Assembly (NCBI GenBank): GCA_013288325.1 | Contig: JABDCB010000006.1 | Span: forward strand, 10,324-74,323 | Length of the DNA stretch: 64,000 nucleotides | Direction: 5' to 3' | DNA from: Bacteroidota bacterium | Lineage (GTDB): Bacteria; Bacteroidota; Bacteroidia; Palsa-965 | Shown here: positions 1 through 10,229 of the stretch, one piece after another | Layout: each line of letters starts with the position of its first letter | Position numbering within the stretch: position 1 is the stretch's first letter | The notes under the pieces: model-generated | What the model was told of the DNA's origin: nothing | Databases searched by the model: none | Seen by the model: only the letters and a program-made list of their open reading frames with translations | Made by a program: the position numbers and the translations under genes

Positions 1-1
1 T

Positions 2-583
2 CGTTTTGCCATGGAAGGAGAGAAAATAGCTTCCGGAGCCCGTCATGCAGATAATGTGGCTCCTGCCATTTATGGAGGGATAACATTAATCCGGTCTATG
101 GAAGGGCCGGATATTGTTCAAATACCATTTCCGGAATTATATGTAACCATCATCCATCCTCAAATTGAAGTAAAAACAGCGGATGCCCGGCAGATTCTTA
201 AAACACGTGTGGAGCTGAAGGATGCTGTGCATCAATGGGGCAATGTGGCCGGACTCGTATCCGGATTATTCCTCAAAGATTATGAACTCATCGGGCGTTC
301 CCTCGAGGATGTTATTGTAGAACCTCAGCGTTGTATTCTGATTCCCGGGTTTGAAGAAGTTAAAAAAGACAGTCTTCGTGCCGGTGCACTAGGTGGTGGA
401 ATTTCCGGCTCCGGGCCTTCTCTGTTTATGTTGTGTAAGGATCCGTCTGTTGCAGCAGAAGTAGAGACCATGGCCAAAGAGCGTTATAATAAAATGGGGT
501 TGCCGGTATTAACCTATATCAGCAAAGTAAATGAATATGGCGTGCAGGAGGAAGTCATGCCTATAGTAGGAGCTGTTTCCTGA
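2..583 (+). CDS. thrB: homoserine kinase, C-terminal part (5' end lies outside the window)
   Basis: The reading frame is open from the window edge. GHMP-kinase-like motifs are present (HADNVAPAIYGG, GGGISGSGPS). thrC follows 18 nt downstream. Confidence 0.85.
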   Translation, partial: RFAMEGEKIASGARHADNVAPAIYGGITLIRSMEGPDIVQIPFPELYVTIIHPQIEVKTADARQILKTRVELKDAVHQWGNVAGLVSGLFLKDYELIGRSLEDVIVEPQRCILIPGFEEVKKDSLRAGALGGGISGSGPSLFMLCKDPSVAAEVETMAKERYNKMGLPVLTYISKVNEYGVQEEVMPIVGAVS

Positions 584-601
584 GGTCTCAAAAAAATCAA
601 A

Positions 602-1900
602 ATGAATTATTATAGCTTACTTCAAAAAAGTCCCCGTGTTAATTTTAAAGAAGCACTTTTTCAGGGACAAGCACCCGATGGCGGTCTTTATTTCCCGGAT
701 CACATCCCCCTCCTGAATAAAAACTGGTTAGGAGCAATTAAGAACCTGGAAAAAGAAGAGATTGCCCTGGAGGTAATGAAACCGTATGTGGGAAAATGTA
801 TTCCGGAAGATGAACTGTACCGGATTTGTGAAGAGACCTGTTCTTTTTCTTTTCCCCTTGTTAACCTGAATGATCGGATCAGTTGTCTTGAACTTTTTCA
901 TGGCCCTACCATGGCATTTAAAGATGTGGGAGCGAGGTTTATGAGCAGGTGTTTATCCTGGTTTGTCCAACATGAAAACAGGGAAGTAACGGTATTGGTA
1001 GCTACCTCGGGCGATACGGGGGCGGCTGTTGCCAATGGCTTTTCAGGACTGAAAGGGGTAAACGTGGTAGTACTATATCCATCTGGTAAGGTGAGCCGTT
1101 TTCAGGAGTTGCAAATGACATCAGGACATTCGTCTGTAACGGCGCTGGAGGTGAGCGGAACATTTGATGACTGTCAGCGGATGGTTAAAGAGGCATTTGC
1201 CGATACGGAGCTTAAGAAAAGACGATTTCTCACTTCGGCCAATTCCATTAATGTTGCCCGCTGGCTTCCTCAGCAAATCTATTACTTCCTGGCCTATAAA
1301 GACTGGCCATTTGAAAAACCACCCGTCTTCTCAGTTCCAAGCGGAAATTTTGGAAATATTTGTTCTGGACTCGTGGCTCATGCATCCGGATTGCCGGTAC
1401 AACATTTTATTGCAGCCTGTAACAGAAATAAAGTCTTTCCCGACTTCATGGAAAGTGGCGTGTATACCCCCGCACAATCAGTGCCTACTATTTCAAGTGC
1501 AATGGATGTAGGAGATCCAAGTAATTTTAAACGGGTACTGGAACTTTTTCATCACAATCATGCGGGTATGACCGAGCTTATCAGCAGCTATAGTGTAACA
1601 GATCATCGCACTGCTGAAGTGATCTGGGATGTGCATCATAAATATGGTTACCTGATGGATCCCCATGGGGCGGTAGCTTTCGAATGTCTTCAGACTTATC
1701 TGGACCTTCATCCTGGTGAGAAAGGAATATTTATGGAAACAGCTCATCCCGCTAAATTCGGGGAGATTATGGAAAGTACTACCGGGGTTCCGATTGCAAT
1801 GCCTTCGGAAATGAGAGCTGTTATGAAAGGAGTAAAACAAAGCACCCCGATTTTGCCGGGATACAATGATTTAAGAAATTTTTTATGGAATAAGGATTGA
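602..1900 (+). CDS. thrC: threonine synthase
   Basis: 432-aa ORF. It carries the PLP-lysine motif FHGPTMAFKDVGARF and ATSGDTGAA, and sits directly after thrB. Confidence 0.9.
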   Translation: MNYYSLLQKSPRVNFKEALFQGQAPDGGLYFPDHIPLLNKNWLGAIKNLEKEEIALEVMKPYVGKCIPEDELYRICEETCSFSFPLVNLNDRISCLELFHGPTMAFKDVGARFMSRCLSWFVQHENREVTVLVATSGDTGAAVANGFSGLKGVNVVVLYPSGKVSRFQELQMTSGHSSVTALEVSGTFDDCQRMVKEAFADTELKKRRFLTSANSINVARWLPQQIYYFLAYKDWPFEKPPVFSVPSGNFGNICSGLVAHASGLPVQHFIAACNRNKVFPDFMESGVYTPAQSVPTISSAMDVGDPSNFKRVLELFHHNHAGMTELISSYSVTDHRTAEVIWDVHHKYGYLMDPHGAVAFECLQTYLDLHPGEKGIFMETAHPAKFGEIMESTTGVPIAMPSEMRAVMKGVKQSTPILPGYNDLRNFLWNKD

Positions 1901-1905
1901 AAGCT

Positions 1906-3276
1906 TTATTTATGACCTTCGAAAAATGCTTTGTTTTCCTTAATCATTTTGTAAATAGTAGATTTTCCAAGATTCAGTTTTTGGGATACAAGCTGAATAT
2001 TATCGTCGTATTTGTTCAGATAATATTTAAGAATCTGTTGTATATAATCATCCAGCGTTTTCTCTTCATCCAGGATAGAAGAAATATTCTGCTGGGGGTT
2101 GAGTTGAACACCGGAGGCTGTGATTTCGTTATCGGGGCACAATAGAGCTGATAGCTCTATGATGGATTTTAATTCCCTTACATTGCCTGGAAAGGAATAA
2201 GACAATAATTTCTTCCTGGCATCCGAAGAGAGCGTTTTTTCACTCATTTTGTTTTCAAGACAAAAATTATGCAGGAAGTAAAGGGAGAGTAATACAATGT
2301 CATTTTCCCGATGTCTTAGCGGGGGAAGTTCTATCGGAAGACCATAGATACGGTAATACAAGTCTTCTCTGAAGCGGCCTTTTCTTACCTCTTCCAGCAG
2401 GTTTTTGTTGGTAGCTGTAATGATACGGCAGTCGGAGGTTATTGTCTTTGTGCCGCCAACCCTTACAAACTCTTTTTCCTGCAGTACCCTCAGAAGCTTT
2501 GCCTGTATCTGCAGATCCATTTCACCAATTTCATCCAGAAAAATAGTGCCTTTATCAGCCAGTTCGAATTTGCCGGGACGGGAAGCAATGGCTCCTGTAA
2601 AAGCACCTTTTTCATGACCAAACAATTCGCTTTCTGCAAGCTCCTTTGGGATGGTAGTCATATTCACGATAATCAGAGGAGCTTGTCTCCTTTTTGAATT
2701 ATAATGAATAGCCTTGGCAACAACTTCTTTTCCGGTTCCGGTTTCGCCGGTTATTAATACAGGAAGATCAGCTCCGGAAGCTTTTTCCATCAGTGAAAAT
2801 ATTTTCAGCACCGGTGGGCTGTTGCCTATAATAGTATTCTGAAAACTGTATTTGTGTTTGACTTCTTCTTCCAGTTTATACAGTCTTGATTTCAGCTCCT
2901 TGTTTTTTGCAATATTATTTATTGCATTAAGGAGTTTTTCTTTTATATCATCCGACTTAACAAAATAATCATAGATGCCCAGTTTAAGGAGCTCTACCGC
3001 CTTGTCGACTTTTTCCTGCTGAGAAATCACCAGCGTTTCAATTTCAGGATTCTGCTCCTTCAATTGTTTGATAAGCGAAACACCGTCGGTGTCAGGAAGA
3101 AGATAGTCGACCGTAACTACATCTGGATTTTCATTCAGACTTTTAAAAAGATCTTTTCCGCTGGCAAAAGATTTTACCTCATGCGCAGGATTTAGGGACA
3201 GGATATAGGAGATAAATTCCCTGTACCATTCATCATCTTCTACAACAAAAATCCGCAAACCGGGGGCTTTGATCAT
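1906..3276 (-). CDS. sigma-54-dependent response regulator (NtrC family: REC + AAA+ + Fis-type HTH)
   Basis: N-terminal receiver (VVEDDEW ... VDYLLPDTDG). Walker A GETGTGKE. ESELFGHEKGAFTGA contains the GAFTGA sigma-54 contact loop. C-terminal HTH (LGKSTIYKMIKE). Confidence 0.9.
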   Translation of the reverse strand: MIKAPGLRIFVVEDDEWYREFISYILSLNPAHEVKSFASGKDLFKSLNENPDVVTVDYLLPDTDGVSLIKQLKEQNPEIETLVISQQEKVDKAVELLKLGIYDYFVKSDDIKEKLLNAINNIAKNKELKSRLYKLEEEVKHKYSFQNTIIGNSPPVLKIFSLMEKASGADLPVLITGETGTGKEVVAKAIHYNSKRRQAPLIIVNMTTIPKELAESELFGHEKGAFTGAIASRPGKFELADKGTIFLDEIGEMDLQIQAKLLRVLQEKEFVRVGGTKTITSDCRIITATNKNLLEEVRKGRFREDLYYRIYGLPIELPPLRHRENDIVLLSLYFLHNFCLENKMSEKTLSSDARKKLLSYSFPGNVRELKSIIELSALLCPDNEITASGVQLNPQQNISSILDEEKTLDDYIQQILKYYLNKYDDNIQLVSQKLNLGKSTIYKMIKENKAFFEGHK

Positions 3277-3317
3277 CAGAAGGATATTGCTTTAATGTGT
3301 CCTTCAAAGATAATAAA

Positions 3318-3755
3318 TCAATTTTCCCCGTAAGCCAGAAAATGATTAATCCAGTGAACTAATTCATCCAATGAAAGGGGTTTTTCTATGAAATGATACC
3401 CTTCCAGTTTGTAACCTCCCTCTTTAAGCTCGTCCTGACCCAGAGAAGAGATAATGATGACCGGAATTGACTTTTGAAGTGGATGTTTTTCCTGGATAAT
3501 ATGTAAAAATTCTATGCCGGAGATGTATGGCATCATTAAATCGAGGAGGATGAGATCGGGATGTTGCTGTTTTATATTGAGCAACTCCAAAGCCTGCCCT
3601 CCATCGCTTGCAGATAAGACGGTAAAACCTTCTTCCCTTAATCGGTAGCCGATAGCATACCTCATAAATTCATCATCATCAACAACCAGTATCTTTCGGC
3701 CAACAGGTGTGGTATGCTGTGTTTTGGCAAGAGAAGTAAGCGGGGAATTATCCAT
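3318..3755 (-). CDS. single-domain response regulator (receiver only)
   Basis: 145 aa. Receiver motifs are ILVVDDDEF, LILLDLMMPYISG and EKPL. There is no output domain. It lies between the hybrid kinase and the NtrC-type gene. Confidence 0.85.
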   Translation of the reverse strand: MDNSPLTSLAKTQHTTPVGRKILVVDDDEFMRYAIGYRLREEGFTVLSASDGGQALELLNIKQQHPDLILLDLMMPYISGIEFLHIIQEKHPLQKSIPVIIISSLGQDELKEGGYKLEGYHFIEKPLSLDELVHWINHFLAYGEN

Positions 3756-3767
3756 AGTTCATTTTTT

Positions 3768-6221
3768 TTACATTTCGGCAGTTATCTTTTCATACTCTTT
3801 TTCAAGAGCAGATAATTCAGGGCTAACCAGCTTATCCAATTTATTCATTAACCCGGAAAGAGAAGTATATTCCTTTTCCCGAATCAACCGCTCCGATTCA
3901 AGGAGTAAATTGTAAAGCTCAAAAAGCTTGAGTTTATGACAGGAGGGGCTCATTCTGTGAAGTATACTTCCTACCCGATCCCAATTGTCATGCTCCGCTT
4001 CTTCCCGAAGCAAAACTAAATTATTTCTTGTATTATCTATGAAAGAGCGGATCATCCTTGCAACAAATTGTTCATTTCCGTTTGAAACCCTTCGGAGCTC
4101 ATCCAAACTGTATTTATTTTTTTCTAATGGGCGGACGGAAGAACCCTTTTCCTCTGTGGACCGGGGAGCTATAATGACGGGATCAAGGTGAAGATTTTTA
4201 GCTATAAGCTCAAGCAATGCCTGTTCTTTATAAGGTTTAATAAGGCAATCACTCATCCCGGCTTCTTTGTATTTCGATTGATCCTCTTTCACCACGTTGG
4301 CTGTTAGTGCAATAACCGGGGTTGAGGATAATTCGGGATCGCTCGAAGAACGTATTTCTTTTACGAGTGATAGTCCGCTAAGTTCAGGCATATGTACATC
4401 GGTCAGGATCATATCATAGTGTCCTGCCTGTGCCATTTGAAGAGCCTTGCTGCCGTCGTCGGCTTCATCCACTTTTATCTTATGGGCAGAAAGTAAAGTG
4501 CGAAGCAAAAGCCTGTTGAGCTCGTCATCATCTGCTATCAGCATATGTTTATTGGCAAGCACCAGGCTTTTGCCCGGAATTGTTTTGGGGACTGTTTTTT
4601 GTTCTTTTCGGACATCATCCCTTTCGCATTGAACGGTAAAGGTGAAAACCGACCCTTTGCCAGGGGTGCTATGGGCAACGATAGTACCGTGAAGCAGCGT
4701 GGCCAGTTTTTTGCAAATAGCCAACCCTAAACCGGAACCCCCATATTTACGGGTGATACTGGTATCTGCCTGACGAAATTCATCAAAAATATGTCCCAGA
4801 TTTTCTGATGGAATGCCAATGCCGGTATCAGATACTTCGAATTTTAGTGTAAGTCTCCCGTTTTCTATAAAGGAGGAGGAGCATCTGATTTCAACTTTTC
4901 CATGTTCCGTAAATTTCACAGCATTACTCACCAGATTGAGCAGAATTTGTTTAATACGAAAACTGTCGGATAGCAAGGAGAGGCCGGTAAGCTCTTGCGA
5001 TACTTTATAGGAGAGAGTAAGGTTTTTAGCGGTGGCCGCGAATTTCATCGTGCCAACTACATCGGCAATAAGGTCCTGAGTCTGAAAAGGAAGATACTCA
5101 AGCTGAAGTTTACCGGCTTCAATTTTTGAAAAATCAAGGATATCATTTACTACATTCAGCAAATGCTCAGACGATTTATGAATTCCTTCGAGGTATTTTT
5201 TTTGTTGTTTCTCCAGTTGTGAATTAAGCATGAGTTCGGTAAATCCTACGATGGCGTTAAGTGGGGTTCTGATTTCATGACTCATATTAGCCAGGAAATC
5301 TTCTTTTACTTTGGCGAGTTCTTCGGCTTTCTTTTTCGATTGTTCCAGCTCTTTTTTGTACTTGTTGCTACGGGTCAGGTCGGAAAATATCAGATAGGTT
5401 AAAATAAGAAGGATGCAAATGCCTACCAGTGAAATGATAAAGATGACCCGGGTTGCATGCCAGACATCGAAACGTGCACTGGCCAGATTTTGACGATCAT
5501 CCCAACGCTCTTCATTCTCGATTTTTTGTACCAGTGCCCGGATTCCTTTCATGATTTCTGCATCGCGCTCCAGCAGGGGTGTTTCCAGTTGATTGAACAG
5601 CGCTGCCTGACTGTTGTTTACCGAGTCGGCGCGTCTTGCAAGTGATTCGAAACGGGAAGCCTGATTTTTTCCGGTGGAAGTGTATTCCACCCGTTTAAGC
5701 AGGTTGTTTAATTTTTTGAGGAAGGATTGAGGATGTGGACTGGAATAAGTAACTGCCGGTCTGTGACTCAGACTATCTTCTTCACGAAGTTGCCACGCGA
5801 TATATGCCAGGGATACTTTTTTTTGTGCAGACGTATTCAGGTTAAGAACTTTGAACAGCAAATCCAGTTTTTCATTCACCAGCGAATCCAGTAGCTGTAA
5901 GTCAAGCAGTCGGACGGCATTGGTGCCGGAAAGTTTTCTCAACGAATCCATCTGAGGACCCGCCTGAAACAGAAAGCGATAATAAGATTCAAGATATTGA
6001 TCATTTCCGGATAAAGAATAGGCACGAAGGTCGCTTTCTGACTGAGAAAGCTCCGACATAACCTGTTCCATGATGTTAAGATGCTGATTAGGCTTGGAGA
6101 CAGCATCGACCACATTTTCCAGTTTGTTAATGCTTTGGAAAATAAGCACACCTGCTATTGCGGAAAGCGCAATTACAATAGCAAAGATGCCGGCAATTTT
6201 TGTCTGAATACCTTTAAACAT
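3768..6221 (-). CDS. hybrid sensor histidine kinase (TM-CHASE3-like-TM, HisKA, HATPase, REC, HPt-like)
   Basis: 817 aa. The N-terminal TM segment is followed by a CHASE3-like motif (LRAYSLSGNDQYLESY) and a second TM segment. H-box SHEIRTPLN. HATPase motifs DTGIGI and GGSGLGLAIC. Receiver motifs LIADDDELN and ILTDVHMPELSG. The C-terminal helical domain has a His (LHRMSPSCHKL). Confidence 0.85.
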   Translation of the reverse strand: MFKGIQTKIAGIFAIVIALSAIAGVLIFQSINKLENVVDAVSKPNQHLNIMEQVMSELSQSESDLRAYSLSGNDQYLESYYRFLFQAGPQMDSLRKLSGTNAVRLLDLQLLDSLVNEKLDLLFKVLNLNTSAQKKVSLAYIAWQLREEDSLSHRPAVTYSSPHPQSFLKKLNNLLKRVEYTSTGKNQASRFESLARRADSVNNSQAALFNQLETPLLERDAEIMKGIRALVQKIENEERWDDRQNLASARFDVWHATRVIFIISLVGICILLILTYLIFSDLTRSNKYKKELEQSKKKAEELAKVKEDFLANMSHEIRTPLNAIVGFTELMLNSQLEKQQKKYLEGIHKSSEHLLNVVNDILDFSKIEAGKLQLEYLPFQTQDLIADVVGTMKFAATAKNLTLSYKVSQELTGLSLLSDSFRIKQILLNLVSNAVKFTEHGKVEIRCSSSFIENGRLTLKFEVSDTGIGIPSENLGHIFDEFRQADTSITRKYGGSGLGLAICKKLATLLHGTIVAHSTPGKGSVFTFTVQCERDDVRKEQKTVPKTIPGKSLVLANKHMLIADDDELNRLLLRTLLSAHKIKVDEADDGSKALQMAQAGHYDMILTDVHMPELSGLSLVKEIRSSSDPELSSTPVIALTANVVKEDQSKYKEAGMSDCLIKPYKEQALLELIAKNLHLDPVIIAPRSTEEKGSSVRPLEKNKYSLDELRRVSNGNEQFVARMIRSFIDNTRNNLVLLREEAEHDNWDRVGSILHRMSPSCHKLKLFELYNLLLESERLIREKEYTSLSGLMNKLDKLVSPELSALEKEYEKITAEM

Positions 6222-6233
6222 CTTGGTATTATA

Positions 6234-6749
6234 TTAGAAATGATAGCGGATGTTCAATCCCGCATCCCATGAATACGGATAAATGAAATCAAACATACGT
6301 GGACGTAGATCAAGACCAATACTTAGTGGAGTAGTAGGAATACTATATTCGGCTCCCAACACTCCTTCCAAACCGACGAAGGGCTGACCGGCAGTTCCGT
6401 AGTAAACACGATCGCCATATTGATAATAATACACATCATGAGCGTATGCGTTTCCTGCAAAAAGACCTGCACCGGCGTATAAGGAAAACCGATTGGGAAG
6501 TGGAATCCGGTATTCCCACATAGCTGACAGGATAGAACCTCCGCTTGGTATCCATCCGAGCAGAGACAGCTCCATGCCATTGTTTTTTTCCCAGAAATGC
6601 CGGTAAGTGATACCGCTATAACCTCCTAGTCTCAAACCAATGTCATTGGCTGCGCCATACGCAGGTGTTTCATTTTGTGCGTAGCAGGTTGCAGCTGTCA
6701 GACAAAGGATAAACAGAAAGGTTCTGAAACTGGTTGCTATTGTTTTCAT
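6234..6749 (-). CDS. small outer-membrane beta-barrel protein (predicted)
   Basis: 171 aa. It has a signal peptide (LCLTAATCYA), alternating aromatic/Gly-rich strands and a C-terminal aromatic residue (NIRYHF). No specific family was recognised. Confidence 0.5.
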   Translation of the reverse strand: MKTIATSFRTFLFILCLTAATCYAQNETPAYGAANDIGLRLGGYSGITYRHFWEKNNGMELSLLGWIPSGGSILSAMWEYRIPLPNRFSLYAGAGLFAGNAYAHDVYYYQYGDRVYYGTAGQPFVGLEGVLGAEYSIPTTPLSIGLDLRPRMFDFIYPYSWDAGLNIRYHF

Positions 6750-6790
6750 GGCTGTAAGTTTTTAGTTTATGAGCCCTTTTTTATTGATTT

Positions 6791-7456
6791 TCATAGAAAA
6801 AGAAACCCGAAGTGTATTCCAAACCAATTTGAATAAGCCAGCTTCCCATCCACTTTTCCTAGTGGTGTAAGATCATTGTTGGCACGAATATCAAGGCTGA
6901 AAATATTGTTTTGAGCATTTTCGGCTTCAAAACCTAATCCATATACCGCTGCCAGCTGAAAGAATTGCACATGATCAAGCGGAATACGGTAGCTATTGGA
7001 AGCATTGTAGTCCGGGTCATCATACCTTCGGGTTACCGTGCTGTACATATTGAAATTGGCCGATACCCCTCCGATTGCCTTAAAATGCAGGCTGCCAATA
7101 CCCAAACTTAATTTAAGCAACAATGGGATATCGGTATAGAGCAGGCGGTAATTGTCTGTATAGGTGTAGTTTTTCGGGTTTCCAAACAGATCCGTTCCAT
7201 CTGTTTTAGTTCCTTCTATTAAAGAACCTCTGTTTGAAAAGAGCACCTCGGTTTCAAACCCTACATTATGATTGAGCTGATCAGAAAAGGATAGTCCGCC
7301 ACTCAGTGCAGCTTTAGACTCCTGGGTAATACCCGGTAATGGGGCAAACATGGACTGGGAAAGTCCTAACGTGGGACCGATTCTTAACCCCGGCGATTGA
7401 CAGAAGCAAACGTGGAAGATAAGGCAGAGACAGAAACTTGCAGATATCTTTTTCAT
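6791..7456 (-). CDS. outer-membrane beta-barrel protein (PorT/OmpA-beta-barrel-like, predicted)
   Basis: 221 aa. It has a signal peptide, beta-strand periodicity and a terminal FGFLFL typical of OMP C-termini. Confidence 0.5.
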   Translation of the reverse strand: MKKISASFCLCLIFHVCFCQSPGLRIGPTLGLSQSMFAPLPGITQESKAALSGGLSFSDQLNHNVGFETEVLFSNRGSLIEGTKTDGTDLFGNPKNYTYTDNYRLLYTDIPLLLKLSLGIGSLHFKAIGGVSANFNMYSTVTRRYDDPDYNASNSYRIPLDHVQFFQLAAVYGLGFEAENAQNNIFSLDIRANNDLTPLGKVDGKLAYSNWFGIHFGFLFL

Positions 7457-7650
7457 CGTTTTTCGTTTTATGGTTTAAAGCCGCTTCTCGAATAGTGTGC
7501 CAAGGGTAAAAACGGCCAGAAAGGAAAAGTAGATGCCTGATAATCAATAGAAAAAAGGGCGATCAACGAGAAAGGCAAGTTAATATCTGCAGAATTTTTT
7601 CCGGTTATTGGAATTTTTTCCGGCAATTGGAGAACATGCTAAAAACAAAA

Positions 7651-7677
7651 AACCAACACTAATGTGTTGGTTTTTAA
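7651..7677 (-). terminator. stem-loop flanked by A-run and T-run (bidirectional rho-independent terminator), downstream of atpG
   Basis: The sequence is aaccaacac-taat-gtgttggtt, a 9-bp stem. It is preceded by aaaaacaaaa and followed by ttttt, 19 nt after the atpG stop. Confidence 0.7.
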
Positions 7678-7695
7678 AAAGAACAGTGTTTATAT

Positions 7696-8574
7696 TTATC
7701 CGTTAAGAGCTTCTGCTCCACCTACAATTTCGAGAATTTCATTGGTAATAGCTGCCTGACGTGCTTTGTTATAAGAAAGCTTAAGATCGCGCAGCAGGTC
7801 TTTGGCATTATCCGTTGCTTTGTGCATAGCCGTCATGCGCGCGCCGTGTTCGGCAGCAAAAGAATCTAGAAGAGCTTTGTACACCTGTGTTTTCAGCGAT
7901 CTTGGAATAAGGTCTTTTACAATCTCTTCTTTGGAAGGTTCGAAAATATAGTCTGTTTTAGAAGCCACCCCTACAGTCTTTGTAGGAACAACAGGAAGAA
8001 AACGTTCTACAGTAGGCAATTGCACTGCAGCATTCTTAAATTGATTGTAAATAAGATCAATGCGGTCGAATTCCCCTTTGGCGTAAACATCAATAATACG
8101 TTCTGTAACAGGAGCCACATTATCATACGTGAGCTTATCAAATAATTCGTTCAGCTTACGAGGCATATCAGAGCCAATGATCTTAAATTCCGTCTTGCGG
8201 AAATAGTCATTGCCTTTTTTTCCGATACATAATACGGTAACATGCTGGTCTTTGTATTCACCTTTGGCCAACGCAAGAGCCTTTTTTACAATATTCATGT
8301 TAAAGGCTCCGGCAAGTCCTCTGTTGGAAGTTATTACAATGAGCAATACGTTTTTTAGCGGACGTTCTTTAGAAAAGGTGCTATCGTTGCTATCCAGACC
8401 TGCGCTGATATTCTCCAGAATGTCCCTTAGTTTTTTGGCATAAGGTCTCATCTGGGTAACAGCATCCTGTGCTCTTCTCAGTTTTGCAGCGCTCACCATT
8501 TTCATAGCGCTCGTAATCTGCTGAGTAGAGCTGATAGAGGTGATACGATTCCGTACTTCTTTTAAACTGGCCAT
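7696..8574 (-). CDS. atpG: F0F1 ATP synthase subunit gamma
   Basis: 292 aa. N-terminal MASLKEVRNRITSISSTQQITSAMKMVSAAKLRRAQ and C-terminal ITNEILEIVGGAEAL are typical gamma signatures. Confidence 0.95.
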   Translation of the reverse strand: MASLKEVRNRITSISSTQQITSAMKMVSAAKLRRAQDAVTQMRPYAKKLRDILENISAGLDSNDSTFSKERPLKNVLLIVITSNRGLAGAFNMNIVKKALALAKGEYKDQHVTVLCIGKKGNDYFRKTEFKIIGSDMPRKLNELFDKLTYDNVAPVTERIIDVYAKGEFDRIDLIYNQFKNAAVQLPTVERFLPVVPTKTVGVASKTDYIFEPSKEEIVKDLIPRSLKTQVYKALLDSFAAEHGARMTAMHKATDNAKDLLRDLKLSYNKARQAAITNEILEIVGGAEALNG

Positions 8575-8582
8575 GCGTTCAA

Positions 8583-10160
8583 CTATTTATATCTAGCAGC
8601 AAGATCTTTTCCTACGGATTCGAGGGTATTGGTAATATCGTCAGTAAGCTGTCCGGCTTTCAAGCCATTGAGGATATTGGTATGTTTTGCTTCCAGGTAT
8701 TGAAGGAATTCTGCTTCAAATTCACGTACCTTATTAACAGGCACATCGCGTAAAAGACCTTTTGTACCCAGGTAAATGATAGCGATCTGTTGTTCTACAC
8801 GAAGCGGAGAAAACTGAGCTTGTTTCAGGATTTCCACGTTACGGGCACCTTTATCAAGTACTGCTTTTGTAGCTGCATCCAGATCGGAACCGAACTTGGA
8901 AAATGCTTCCAGCTCCCGGTATTGTGCCTGATCCAGCTTAAGGGTACCGGCCACTTTCTTCATGGATTTGATCTGGGCATTACCACCTACACGGGATACA
9001 GAGATACCTACGTTGATAGCAGGTCTTACACCGGAGTTGAAAAGATTGGACTCCAGGAAAATCTGTCCGTCGGTAATGGAAATTACGTTTGTAGGGATGT
9101 ATGCAGATACGTCACCGGCTTGAGTTTCGATAATCGGCAATGCAGTAAGTGATCCGCCACCTTTTACAATCGGGCGAATACTGTCTGGCAGGTCGTTCAT
9201 AGCCTGTGCAATGCTGTCGGTCTTATTAATTTTTGCTGCACGTTCAAGCAAACGGGAGTGAAGATAAAACACGTCACCGGGATATGCTTCACGTCCAGGA
9301 GGACGACGCAGGAGCAAAGATACTTCGCGGTATGCAACAGCCTGTTTGGATAAATCGTCATAAACTACCAGTGCAGGGCGACCGGTATCGCGGAAAAATT
9401 CTCCGATAGCAGCACCTGCCATAGGAGCATAAAACTGCATTGGAGCAGGGTCGGAGGCTGTTGCTGTAACAATACAGGTATAGGCCATGGCACCATTTTC
9501 TTCCAGTACACGTACAATATTTGCAACGGTTGAACCTTTTTGTCCAATGGCTACATAGATACAAAATACAGGTTCTCCTTTTTCGTAAAACTCTTTCTGG
9601 TTGATAATAGTATCAATACAAACAGCTGTTTTTCCTGTCTGACGATCGCCAATTACAAGTTCCCGTTGTCCGCGTCCGATTGGGATCATAGCATCAATTG
9701 CTTTGATTCCTGTCTGGAGCGGTTCGTTTACCGGCTGACGGTAAATTACACCAGGAGCTTTACGCTCCAAGGGCATTTCATACAATTGTCCCTTGATAGG
9801 GCCTTTGCCGTCAATAGCATTACCGAGTGTATCTACTACACGTCCGAGCAAACCTTCGCCTACCTGGATAGAAGCAATTTTACGGGTCCGTTTTACAGAA
9901 TCACCTTCCTTAATATTGTTGGATGAACCCAGTAATACTGCACCCACGTTATCTTCTTCCAGGTTCAGAACGATACCTTTCAGGCCGTTGTTAAATTCAA
10001 TCAACTCTCCGGATTGAACATTAGAGAGTCCGTATATACGTGCGATACCATCGCCAACCTGGAGTACAGTTCCAACTTCTTCAAGTTCGGTTGCCGATTT
10101 AACACCCGCCAACTGCTGTCGGAGGATTGCGGATACTTCGGAAGGTTTAATTTCAGCCAT
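8583..10160 (-). CDS. atpA: F0F1 ATP synthase subunit alpha
   Basis: 525 aa with Walker A GDRQTGKT and typical alpha-subunit sequence throughout. Confidence 0.97.
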   Translation of the reverse strand: MAEIKPSEVSAILRQQLAGVKSATELEEVGTVLQVGDGIARIYGLSNVQSGELIEFNNGLKGIVLNLEEDNVGAVLLGSSNNIKEGDSVKRTRKIASIQVGEGLLGRVVDTLGNAIDGKGPIKGQLYEMPLERKAPGVIYRQPVNEPLQTGIKAIDAMIPIGRGQRELVIGDRQTGKTAVCIDTIINQKEFYEKGEPVFCIYVAIGQKGSTVANIVRVLEENGAMAYTCIVTATASDPAPMQFYAPMAGAAIGEFFRDTGRPALVVYDDLSKQAVAYREVSLLLRRPPGREAYPGDVFYLHSRLLERAAKINKTDSIAQAMNDLPDSIRPIVKGGGSLTALPIIETQAGDVSAYIPTNVISITDGQIFLESNLFNSGVRPAINVGISVSRVGGNAQIKSMKKVAGTLKLDQAQYRELEAFSKFGSDLDAATKAVLDKGARNVEILKQAQFSPLRVEQQIAIIYLGTKGLLRDVPVNKVREFEAEFLQYLEAKHTNILNGLKAGQLTDDITNTLESVGKDLAARYK

Positions 10161-10229
10161 TTTGTATTTATGATTTAAGAATTATGATTTATGTATTTTG
10201 ACATTTGATTGTCAAACATAAACCAGGTA

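Noticed and set aside
7488-7503. A TGGCAC element on the minus strand (TTGGCACActatTCGAG) lies about 45 nt upstream of the OMP-kinase-NtrC operon. It could be an autoregulatory sigma-54 promoter.
   Set aside because: Only the -24 half matches. The -12 region reads TCGA instead of TTGC, which is two mismatches including the conserved GC. TGGCAC is expected many times by chance in 64 kb.
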